From Cyanophora paradoxa CCMP329 (lineage: Eukaryota; Plantae; Glaucophyta), in contig QPMI01000379.1 of assembly GCA_004431415.1 (NCBI GenBank), positions 1 to 35,189 of the forward strand: DNA of 35,189 nucleotides, in the 5' to 3' direction. The translations under genes were made by a program, and so were the position numbers. The notes under the pieces were generated by a model. That model had not been told where the DNA came from. It did no database searches and saw only the letters and a list, made by a program, of their open reading frames with translations. Positions 22,430 to 33,429 of this stretch are shown here, in pieces (within the stretch, counting starts at the first letter, position 1; each line of letters begins with the position of its first letter).

Positions 22430-24462
22430 AAGTACCGCGCCTTGATCACCGAGATCGACAAGTGCGCCTGGTTCCCCGAACATGCTTATATATATAATTA
22501 AGCTTAAGCTTCGAATTCCCTCTATGTAACCGGACATCGGTGGCAGGAACCAAGATGGCGTCATCGACCAAGACGAGGCACGTTGTTTGTAGTTGCATTT
22601 CACGATCATAAGCTTCGAGTTCTCTGATCATGACACTCTCCGGCTGTCAGCTCTGCGGGCTCATGGACAAGGTCATTCATTCCCCGATGCCGGTCTCGTG
22701 GTGACGTTTGCGCGCTGACCCGAGCTCTGCGCATGCGCGATGCAACGGCAGCTCTTCGAGGAGGAGAAGCGGTCCCAGCTCTACAAGGCCGCGGTCCTCT
22801 TCCTCGCCGTCTTCGCGATCGTCATCATTGGCGCCGTCCGACGGTCTTCGGCCTGTCCTTTGCCGTCATGAATCTGACCAAGGAAGTCATGAGTGTCAAC
22901 GGCGTGCTTATGGACAAGAATGGTGGGACCAACGTTCGACTTTCTAAATGACTGATCGTGAATGACTTTGCATCTGCACGCGGCAGGCTCGCCACTGGTT
23001 ATGGCGAGCCCCAACTCGTCAATTTTGATTCCGCGGGCGGCCGCGGCGACCGGAGGCTCGCGGCGCGGGCGGCGGCTCCTTATGGAAACGGCTTGGGGTT
23101 GGTGCGCGGTGGTTCAAGTCCTATAGATTAAAACTCGAGTTCGACGTCGCCACACAGGGAAAAAGACGCCCTCGCCAACATGTATGCAACAAAACTGGTC
23201 CTGCCCATCGATTATAATATGGCCAGAAAAGGGGTGCCGTGCATGAATATCAGAATTAATCACCAGGTCTGCAACAATTACCCATTTGAATTATTAAAGG
23301 CTCTGAGGGCATCCTGTGACCCTTAAGCTTGCGCCCTGCGCAGGACGCCGACGCAATGTTGGACGAGAGCATCGACATCGAGGAATGGTGTTTCTCCAGC
23401 CGAACCAGGGTGCGAACGCAAATCATTTGAATTGCGATTCGAAACACCGAGCCCGCTCTAGGCCTGCTTTCGTGCGCTTAGAAGCTCACCGCATTGTAGG
23501 GGGTCCCTTCAACCGTGATCGAGTGGGCGCTGTTGAGAGGCATCTCGGAGGGAGGGAAGAATTCGGTGCTTGCGCGGCCGAAGCAGGCCTGATTGCATAC
23601 AATTGCGCTCACGACGCATGGCAGCTGGAAGTGGCGATGCCATGATGAAGGAGATTGAAGAGCGCTTCTCCCTAAAGAGCGACTGGGGGTGCGACGGCGT
23701 TTTCTGCAGACCAGACCTTCGGGACGGCACGACCTTTTCTGTCGAGGTTCGCTCTCATGATCAGTGCTCATGATCAATGCTGTATATGCGATCTCACGCG
23801 TTTCTCCATATACTTGCAGGTGAAGGATTCACAGCCGCCTTATGGCATCAATAAACAGACCCGCACGTGCGAGAACAAGTACTGCGACCTGCTCAGGAGG
23901 CCTTGGTTCCCTTACCTCTTGACCGTCAACAGTGCGTTTGCTCAACGTTAACCCGAATTCGAATATTTAATGCCGCCTCGTTTAATTTGCAATCACCGAG
24001 TCGATTAAATTGACCGCGTACCCGGAAATCAGAGAATGGGATTATGTACAACAGCTTCTTCCTCTGCACGGAGGTCCGGACAGATTGGATCCAAGAGAGG
24101 AAGTGCTGGCACGCTCACCAGCAACCCGCCGCCATGCCGGATCCCGAGCCCGCGCCGCCTGCTGCCGAAGAGGGTTCGCGGAAGTGATTGCCGACGTCTA
24201 ATCTAATCCAATCTAATTCTCAAGTATTAGCGATGTTGCCGGACACGTAGAACCATGTATTATTGTGTACATATTTTCATCAAACTTCCGCCCGCCCGCG
24301 CCTGCCCCGCCCACCCCCACAGCCCTCCCCCCGCCATCTCCCAGGGCGCGTCGTCTCGTTTTCCCCTTCTCTTTTTCCAGACCAGGGCATCATTTCACAA
24401 ATTCCAATCCTCTTACTACTAAAACCTGGCGGGAGGTAGGTCTGCAAGCAGGGCCCCGGGGG

Positions 24463-27400
24463 TCACTCGTACTCGGGGGCGTCGTCGCCCCCCCCCTCGT
24501 CGATCGCGTCTGCCCCCCCCGCCTCCTCCCCCTCCCCCGCCACGTACTCCACATCCCTGCGCCGCCCGCTCTACCCCGGGGAGGGGAGGGGGGGGGTACG
24601 AGGGCGGCCGGTGGGGGTACGCACTCCTCGTGGCCGTAGCCGCCGCCGGAGGCGAAGGAGCCGTACCCGCCCGCGTCGGACTGCGGCGTACCCGTCAGAA
24701 GCTGAGTTTTGAAAGGGGCCGCGGGGGATTCGACCTGGGCGGCGCCGGCCGGGCCCGTAGATCCGGTCGGCCGTCCTTTTACGGCGCTGTATGGGGGGGA
24801 GGGGCGCGCGCGGGGTTCATGATCAGGCCAGGCCAGATGAAAGGGCGGCTCGCGGAATCGAGCCGGGGACCTGAGGATGTCGGCGAGCTTCTGGATGTCG
24901 CGGCGCGAGAAGCCGGCGACCTGCAAGCAAGTCACAAACAGATCGGGAGGGGTACACACGCGCCCGGGGTGCCCCGCGCGCCTTCGACGCCTCCCCCCGG
25001 GCGTGGTCCGTCACGACCGCCTGCGGCGAAAGCGAGTGAGCCGGGGGTACGCGAAATGAAGCGAAAGGAGGAGGCGGCGGCAAGGAGGCGGGTCCCAGGT
25101 CCTCTAGTTCCCAGGTCTAGTTCTAGTTCCCAGGTCGACGAAGACCTAGGCGGAGGAGGCGCGGCGGAGGCCACGCTAGCTAGCTAGCTAGCTAGATAGA
25201 TACATCTAGCTAGACGCGCTAAGCGGCAGCACCCCCCTCTAGCGAGCGAGCGCAGGGGAGGGTCTCTCGGGCGGCGGAGGGTCTAGCTAGGCGTGCTAAG
25301 CGGCAGTACCCCCCTCTAGCAAGAGCGCGCGCCTGTGCGACGATGCAGAGGCGGCGGAGGGTCTCGCGGGCCGACTCGGCGCTGGGGCCCGCCGAGCCCC
25401 GCGCCGGCGCCCGCTGGAACGCCTGGCCCAGCGCCTGCGCCCGGGGGCTCAGAAAGTGGGGGAGGGGGGAAGAAGGCGCGCGGGGGGGTACGCGTGCGGG
25501 CCTGGGCGAGCTGGGTGGGGAACGTGGAGGGGGCCTCCGAGAGAAACTCGAGCAGGTCCCGCTCCGGGAGGAGGGGAAGCACCTGGGGGGGAGGGAGTGA
25601 GGGGGGTACGGGTAGAGGGACGGGAGGGGGGTACGCGGACCTCGCGGAGGCCCTGGGGCCCGCAGAAGGTGGAGTAGAGCTGGTAGCAGAGCTGCATGGG
25701 GCGCGGCTGCGGCAGGGCTAGGCTAAGGGGCCGGGGTACACGAATTGGGGCGGGGGTACACGAAAGGGGCGGACGGCGGGGGCGGCGAGGAGGGCGCGCG
25801 ACTCTCCTGCGATGGCCGCCAGGAGCTGGGCCGCCTCGGCGCCCCCCGAGCGGGACCGCCTGCGCACCCTCAGCGAGAGAGGCGTGCGGGGGCGGGGAGC
25901 GGCGGGGCGGACGAGGAGGGCTGGGCGGCGGGGCCGGCCGGGGGCCGCTCGGAGCGGGCCAGTGCACGGTTGAAGACCGTCTGGATGGCGGCGACGAGGG
26001 CCGCCACCTCGATCCCGGGGCGCGAGCGCGCCAGCGCGAAGGCGAACCCGACCACCTGCCCCCGGCCCCGCGCCTCGGCGGCCGTACCCCGAGCCGGGGC
26101 GGGTCGGGGGGGGGGTACCGTGTCGCCGGTCCAGAAGGGGGAGCGGAAGAGGCGCGCGAGGACCTGGTTCGCGTTGCCGCCGAGCTGCAGGTGGGGTGGC
26201 GGGGGGTACAGGGGCTCGGATGCACGCCGGGCGAGGGGCGCGGGGGCGGGCGGGCGGCGGCGGCGCGCCTGGGCCAGGGCGGCGTCGCAGCGGCCCTCGA
26301 GAAAGAAGCGGCGAAGGCTTGCGAGCCGCCGGGCGTCCTTTTGGGGGGGGGGGAGGAATCAGAGGGGGGTAGTAGCAGATAGAAGGGGGTGAGGGGGTAC
26401 CTTGAGGACGGCGTCGACGACGGCCGAGGTGATCGCGAGGCGGAGGGGCGCCTGCGCCGAAACCTGTTTGAGAGGGGGGGGCGGGGGGTATGGAAGCGGC
26501 GGGGGGTACGCGCGTGGGAGGTGGAGTCGTGTACGGTGGAGAGGAGGAGCGGGTCGAGGGAGGCTGAGAAGGCGGGGAAGACACCCAGAAGGTCCTGCGC
26601 TATTTTTAGACGGCGTGTGTGTGTGGGGGTGGGGGGGGGTGCGGCGGCGGGCCTTGTCGGTCGGGGGCTGGACGGCGGTGGGGGCCTGCGGGGCGGGCGG
26701 GCGGCCGCGGGCGGCGGGCCCCGAATGCTCCTCCGTGACCAAGTCGCGCGAGGGGCGCGCCGGGCAGCGCGTCTGGACGAGCCGCGCCACGCCGGCGAAG
26801 GCGGCCGCCAGACCATCGCTGGGGCCGCCCCGGCGGGGACGCGGAGGCGGAGCCGGGCGGGGTCGACGGGGTACCGAGCCAGAAAGTCTTCAGCCGAGGC
26901 CGGGACGTAGGAGGGGGGGCGGTCGGCGAGGGGCAGGGCGAGCTCGCGGGGCCGCGGGGCCGGCTCCGGGGCGGAGAGGGCGGCGTGGGCGGCGGCGGCG
27001 AAGGCGCGCGAGCAGCGGCGGAGGCGCGCCGCGTCGTGGAAGTCCATAGCGGCGAAGACGCGGGCCAGCGCCGCCGGCGGGAGGCGGGAGAGGTCCATGG
27101 GCGGGCCCGGGGGTACCACGCCTCCTCCGCCGCCTGCGCGCCATGCGCGGCTCCCGCCGGCCGCCGCTGCCGCTTCGCGGGGGCCTCCTGCTGCTGCGGC
27201 CGGCCCGGCGGCCGCTTCGCCCCAGACGGCGCCGAGGCCGCGGCCGACGCGGCCGGTCGGGAGGCCTCCGCCGGCGAGCCCGGCGAAGCTGCGGCGGCGG
27301 TGGCGGCGGCGCCGGCGCCGGTGCCGCCGTCGATGCGGGCGAGGCGCTGGCGAGCCTCGCGGAAGGTAGCCTCGGGGTAGATCTTGCGGCGCAGCTCGAG

Positions 27401-28259
27401 CAGCTTGCGCAGCTTGGCGCGGACCTCGGCCCCCGCCGCCTCGTACGCGTTCGAGAGCACGGAGGGGACGTGCGGGGCGAAGCCGGAGCGGTACGGCTCG
27501 CCCACGTTCATCACGAGCGAGTCGAGGAGGTACACGAACGGCAGCTTCGCCTCCCCCGGCGCCTTCCGGATCTGATCGATCGATCGATGCGCGAGTGAGC
27601 GCCGACCGCTGCGCTCGCTCGCGGGGCGCGCGCGGGGCGGGGCGCTGGCCGGGCGTGCGCGCCTTCCAGGCGACCGAGTTGATGATCTCCTCCGCGTGCG
27701 TCGTCTTGTAGTCGTCCGCGAGGCGCGACAGGTTCGAAATGACCGGCTTCAGGTTCCCCACCAGCTTCTCCAGCTCGGCCCGGTACGCCGGCCCGACCTG
27801 TGGGCCGTGGCGCGGGTTGAGCTGGGGCGAGCTCGAGGCGGACAGGGGCGCGCGGCGCACGTCCGCCGAGGTCATGCGGCCTTCGCGATGCGCTACGGCC
27901 CGCGATCCCGTCCAGAAGCCAGTCGCGACGGCCTCGCGAATGGGCGCGGGAGGCCCGGAGGCGCTGGAGGCCGCCGGGGCGCCGTCGGCGTCAACAGGGG
28001 CGGCCGGGGCGACGTCTTCCTGCCCAGCGCCTGCATTGTCGCTGGCGCCGAGACCCGGTATCGCGCCGCCTTCGCCGGAGCTCTCCAGCGCAGGGTCAGC
28101 CTGGCCGCCGTCTGCGTTCTCGGCTCCGTCGAGGCCCGGGATGCCGCCCGCATCGCCGGCGGCTTGAGATTCGATCGGCTGCTCGTCGCTCGCGCTCTCG
28201 AGCTCGCCGGCGTGCTCGCTGGTTCCTAGGCCGGGGATGTCCGCGGAGCCGCCGTCCAT
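24463..28259 (-). CDS. Multi-exon protein with Pcf11-like CTD-interacting domain (CID) followed by an F-box-like motif
   Basis: ATG 28259. CID: YRAELEKLVGNLKPVISNLSRLADD...KLPFVYLLDSLVMNVGEPYRSGF. F-box-like: DLSRLPPAALARVFAAMDFHDAARLRRCSRAF. Joining the two needs one extra base in a G/C run near 27110. Acidic tail ends ...DDAPEYE* near 24463 after another homopolymer frameshift. Confidence 0.65.
25100..25330. repeat. CTAG-rich intronic repeat patch
   Basis: (CTAG)n run near 25176-25213; tctagttcccaggtc twice; gctaagcggcagYacccccctctagc twice (~25218, ~25295). Confidence 0.65.
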
Positions 28260-28377
28260 CGCTAGTCGCCTCGAGTAGCTGCGCTTTCGTGCGTTCCCAG
28301 CGGACGCGGCCGCCCGCTCCGATGTCTATGACCGACAGTTCGACTCGGCTAATTCGTACCCGTCGCCGCGACCACCG

Positions 28378-29775
28378 ATGGCCTTCACCGCGTCCGCCGT
28401 TGCCGCCGCGCGGCTTGCGACGAGCTTCACTGGTGTCGGAGTCGAGAGGCGCGCTTGCCAGCAGGCTGCGCCCGTCCGACCCGACAGGTGTGCAACCGCC
28501 AAGGCCATGCCAGCGGCTCAACGTCCGCTGACGTGTTGCATCTCAGGCCGATCTGCAGCATCAAGGCGGAAGGCAGCAGCTCGTCCGGCGAGCGGGCGTT
28601 CAAGCCGGCGCGCACGCTGGCGGCCGCGGCCGCCGCCGTCGCTTTCGCTGCCGCGGGACTCCTCGGCGCCGAGCAGGCGGCTTTCGCCAAGGGTTTCGTC
28701 AAGATCGATTTGAGCGTACGTGGCTACCCGTGCCTTAGCTATCTCTCCGGAGGCGTGTGCCCCACGTGCTCCGCGGCCGCCGCGCCTCGGGAGCGGCCGG
28801 CGGTCGGCGCGTGCGGATGAAGAATGTCGGCTAGGGGCTCTCGCGTTTGCGAGGCCACCGCGCCGGCTGCAGCGCGCGGCGGGAGCTCGCCGCTGACGCG
28901 ACACTGCGCGCGGCAGGCGGAGTGCGACAGCGGCGAGCAGACCTTCAAGGGCAAGGACCTCACCGGCGAAGAGTTCACTTCCGCTATCGTTGCGCTCCTC
29001 CCGCCCCGCACCGCCCCGCCCCGCCCCGCCCCGCCGCTCGCCGCCCCGCCCCGCCCCGCCCCGCCCCGCCCGTGGCCGACTCCCTCCCTCCCCACTCGAC
29101 AGCTCCGCGGCTGCGACTTCTCCGGCGCCAAACTCGTGGTGCGCGGCGCCCATGCGCGCCCCGGGCGCATCGCATCTCCCCCCCCCTCCCTCCCGATGCC
29201 GCCGCGCCAGGGGGCCTCGTTCTTCCAGGCCGACGTCACGAGCGCCAACTTCGAGGGTACCCCCCTCCCTCCCGCCCCCCACCTTCCCACATCCCCCCCC
29301 CTCGCTCGCGCGAACCGACGCCGCTCCAGGCGCGGACCTCACCACCGCGACGTTCGAGAAGGCGAACGTCACGGACGCCAACTTCAAGGTCCGGCGGGGC
29401 CCTTTCTCGCGCCGCTAACGTTGTACCCCCTCACGTCCCGCCTCCGCGCAGAACGCGGTTCTCTCGGGCTCCTTCTGGAGCAACGCCATCCTCACCAAGA
29501 ACGACGGTACCCACCACCGCGACTGCTCTCTACCCCCACCACCCTAATCAATTCTCTTTCATCTGCGTGGCAGAGCCGCTCCCGAAGATCGCCGGCGCCG
29601 ATTTCACTGACGTCATTCTCCGCAAGGACGTCCATGCGAGTCCCTTGTACCCCCACCTCGCTCGCCCCCCGTCCCGCTGAACCGCCTCGCCCCCCAGGAC
29701 ACTCTGTGCGGGGTGGCGTCAGGCACGAACCCCACCACGGGGGAGGCCACCAAGGACACGCTCTATTGCGATTAA
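28378..29775 (+). CDS. Thylakoid lumenal pentapeptide-repeat protein, TL15-like, with bipartite plastid/lumen targeting peptide
   Basis: MAFTASAVAAARLATSF transit peptide; hydrophobic stretch ending AAFA; pentapeptides CDFSG AKLV GASFFQ ADVTS ANFEG ADLTT ATFEK ANVTD ANFK; C-terminus GADFTDVILRKD..LCGVASGTNPTTGEATKDTLYCD*. Confidence 0.88.
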
Positions 29776-30249
29776 GTTAATGCAGTGAATTTTGGATCGC
29801 GAGCCGCCAAGCTGTTCTTCTATTAGGATTTTTTTGTTTTGAATTCTTAGCTTCCTGCCGCATGCAAGACGACGTGATGTGCAGTTTTGAAATGCATGCG
29901 AACCCCCTACTTTCCCAGGCACGGCGTGGGGCGGGCGGGTGTGGCAAGAAAGCAGAGAGGCCGATTCAGAGCGATCTTTTTTGAATCTTCTTGTCTCTTT
30001 CCGGCCCCTTGTTTGCTTCGGCGCCGCGGCGGCACACAGAGAGAACAGGAGGTGGTGGGAAGGCAGCGAGACGGTCGCCCGGGGTCAGGAGAACATTACA
30101 GGGGCGGGCGCGGGCCGAGTGAGATCAAATGGACTCGAACGGGAGTCGAGGCGAAGCCCCGAGGGCGGGAAGGACAGGCTTGGTGGCTGGGGCGACACCT
30201 GGGGAGCTGGATCGCGGGGGGCGGGGGAGCTGGAAGGCAGGAAGACCGT

Positions 30250-31273
30250 CTAGTACGCGTACGGGTGGTAGCCGTAGCCGCCACCGCCACCCCGACCACG
30301 GAATCCGCCGCGGAAGCCGCCACGGCCGCGGGGAGGGCCGTAGAAGCCGCCCGGGGGCCCGTAGGGTGCGCCGTACGGTGCGCCGTAGTGAGGGCCGTAG
30401 CCGCCGCGTCCGCGGAAGCCGCCGCGGCCGCGCGGGAACCCGTGACCCCCGCGCACAGCCATGCCGGGCACGTTCGTCCGCTTCGGGTTCACCTGCCGCC
30501 GCGTCAGCTCGCGGCTCACGGGACAAGACGGCAGAAGACTGCCCGCGCGGCGCGGCGAGGTAGCTAACCTTGATCTGGCGACCCTTGAAGACTGACTCGT
30601 TCAACGCGACCGCTGTTTGTACCGCCTCCGCCTCCGCGAATTCGATGTAGGCAAAGCTACGCGAGAATGTGGTCAGCTGCGCGGATGCGCGGCAGGGCGG
30701 TGCGGGGCGGACCCTTTCGGTTGGCCAGTGAATTTGTCACACAGAATCGTCACGCGGTTGATCGTGCCGCAGGACTGGAAGTGCGCCTGCAGCTCCTCCG
30801 GAGTCGCACTGTAGTCGACCTGCGGAAGACATTCGGCGACCGCGCGCGTTGCTATAGCAAGGAACCAAAAGGAACGCACGCTACCGACGTATATGGAGCG
30901 GCTGTCCGCCTCTTCTTTGCTCGCTGCCGGGCGACCAGTTCAGGGACGCGAACCATCTTCGAGAGCGGGGAAGCTAGCGGTCCGAATGTCGTGGAAACGC
31001 ACCCGCAGACTGTGCGCCGTCCTTTCCCTCGCGCTGGTTTGCGAGCTGCTCGTCCATTTCCTTCAACTTCCTCTTGAGCGCCTCCACCTCCTGCGGGGCG
31101 GGCGGGGCGTTTCAGAACGGGTAATCGCCTTCGTATCGCGATTGTGCTCCGCGGGCGCGAACCTCGTCGACCGCCTCGTGCTTCTCCTCGCCTTCCTTGT
31201 GCTCGCCCGACGTATCGAGGTGCTCGGTCTCATCTCCCATGTGATCAACCTCCTCAACGCCGGCGTCCGCCAT
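30250..31273 (-). CDS. PABPN1: Nuclear poly(A)-binding protein 2 (acidic coiled coil, RRM, RGG/Tyr tail)
   Basis: [12 protein letters not shown]; [53 protein letters not shown]...[23 protein letters not shown]; RGG tail ending YHPYAY*. Confidence 0.95.
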
Positions 31274-31393
31274 GCTCGAGCTTTGTGTTTGAGGAACCGG
31301 ACGAGGCGCTCTGGGCGATTGGTCTACCCCCTTCAAGCAAAACTTGCTGTAAAGCTGCCCAGGCCTAGGGCCCCCAGCATCGTCTAGCGTAGC

Positions 31394-33393
31394 ATGAGCG
31401 CCGGCAGAGGCGCGGCAATTGCGCGGACCCGCGTGCCGGACTGGTCGTACAAGGCGGAGGGCGCCGAGAACCTGGCGATCCAGTACGCAGGATCGGACGA
31501 GCCGTCGCTGGTCCGTGCGCGCAATTGGATGCGCGGTTTGACGCGTACGCGCGCGACCTGCCCCGCGGACGCAGATCGGAATGGTGCTGCGCCTGCGCAA
31601 GGTGGAGAAGGGCGCCGTCTCTGTCGCGGATGAGGTCGCATTTGCGCAGCGCGTCGTCGCTCCGCTGCTGGGCCGGGAGTTCGTGTTGCCCATGGTGCCT
31701 GCACTCCCGCTGCTCTCTCCGCGGCTCTCTCCCCCGTTCGCCCCTGACCGCCCGCTCCAGGAGGTGGTGGACCTCGAAGAAAGCTTCGTGGAGGGAGTCG
31801 TCGCGGCCGTGGAAGCCGAGCGGCCCGAGCACAGGCGCCGACAGCACGCGGACGGCAGCGGGGCCGCGGCCTGCCTCCCGCAGCGCTCCGCCGTGCTCAT
31901 GCCCGACTGCACGCTCCTCCGTGGTGCGTCCTCCTCCTCGAGCTCGCCCTGCGCGCGCGTTTCCGCCGCTCACGTGCGCCGCTCGCCCGCTCGCTCGCAG
32001 GCGTCCGGGACGCGGCCGCGGATTCCCCGACCCTCTGCGTCGAAATCAAGGTCGGGCCTGGGTCCCTTCGCTGCTCGGCCACGTCCTCAGTGCGCTCGCG
32101 CCGCCCTCCGCAGCCCAAGTGGGGCTTCCTGCCATCCTCGGGCCACCTCAGCCGCGAAACGGCGCGCGCGAAGCGGCGCTTCTGCCGCTACTGCATGCAC
32201 CAGGTCCGCCCCTCTGATCTATCTGATCAATCGATCCATCCGCCTGATCTCTCTGCTCCTGATGCACCTGCGTCAGTACCTGAAGCACGGCAAGCGGCGC
32301 GCCGCCGGCGGCGGCGCCCCGCCGGACGGGGGGTACTGCCCCCTTCAGCTCTTCTCGGGGCACCCGGGGCCCATGCAGGCGCGCGCGCGCGCCGGCGTTC
32401 GTACCCCTCTCTGACTTTCGCGGGCAGGAGGCGCTGGCGGCGCTGCTTGCGAGCCCGCAGAACAATTTCCGCGTCTTCGCGGACGGGGAGTTGGTCTACG
32501 GCGAGGACGCCCAGGACGGAGGTGCGGCCCTAGAGCGGGCGGCGCGGGCGCTCCTGGGCGAGCGCAGCTGCGGGGCGGACCCCGTCGGCGCCTTCCTCGC
32601 CGCCGTCGCCGCCGCCCTCCGCGCCAGCGGCGTCCTCGACCGCGTCAAGGCCCTCCAGGCGCCCCTACCCCCCCCCCGCTCCATCCCCCCCCCGCTTCCT
32701 TCTCAGCGGGGGTACAGGAGCTGGACCGCCTGGACGTGGAGGCGGCCCGGGGCCTCTACGAGGCCCACTCCGCCGAGGCCGGGGTACGACGTTGCTCGCT
32801 CCTCCCCCGCGCAATCTCTCACGGGGGGTACCGGTGCAGGCGGAGGAGCTGCGGGGGTGGGATCCGGACACCGTCGAGGGCAAGGCGGGCCCCGAACGCT
32901 CGCAAAAATAGCGTCCCCCCGTCCCCGAGTGACGTGCGTGTACCCCGCTGCGCAGGCGGCGATGGTGCCGAGCCTGGAGCGGGTGCTGAGGGGGGAGGAG
33001 GCGCTGCCGGGGGAGGCGAGCCTGGCGGAGGCGGCGGCGCCGCGGGGCCGGGCCCTCGCCCTGGCCGCCTTCTCTCTTTCGGCCACCGCCAAGGACCTCT
33101 CCCTAATGGTGGCCCTCAGGCGGACCGAGCCGCCCGCAGCCGGCGCCGAGGCCGCGGCCGCGGGGTTTTCCTGTACCCCGCAAGGCGCGGGCCCCGGCCG
33201 GCTCCGGTCGCCGAACCTGCCGCCGCTGGCCTACAGCGTGGCGGCCGTGGACCTGGCCGTCAAGCCGCTGGCACGGGTACCGCACTACTGGGAGCTGGAC
33301 GCCAGAGTTGTGGCCCACTTCCTGACCCACGGGCCGGCCGGCCGCCAGCCCTGCTGGGGCGCGGCACCCCAGGACCACGAGCGCGCGGCATGA
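31394..33393 (+). CDS. IPK1: Inositol-pentakisphosphate 2-kinase
   Basis: WSYKAEGAENL, VLRLRK, LCVEIK/PKWGFL, FCRYCMHQ, YCPLQLFSG, PQNNFRVF, SATAKDLSLMV, VDLAVKP..HYWELD; stop 33391-33393. Confidence 0.93.
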
Positions 33394-33429
33394 TGTTTTC
33401 TTAGAGCTAAGCTAGCTGTACTTCCCTGC

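Larger units (their letters stand above)
18886..24187 (+). pseudogene. Disrupted multi-exon gene: EF-hand, TM segment, RRLL motif, Cys-containing C-terminal region
   Basis: Removing the LTR element plus one AAGT and splicing (22462-22546, GC-AG 22578-22650, next acceptor 22751) gives ...RRARLSKYRALITEIDKNQDGVIDQDELCGLMDKLFEEEKRSQLYKAAVLFLAVFAIVIIGAV[8-bp insertion 22839-22846]FGLSFAVMNLTKEVMSVNGVLMDKNG...RRGRRLLME...TCENKYCDLL...FFLCTEV...GSRK*. Downstream exons are less certain. Confidence 0.72.

Noticed and set aside
28716-28916. Longer TL15 intron as a snoRNA or riboswitch host
   Set aside because: No convincing C/D, H/ACA or TPP aptamer motifs recognised by eye.
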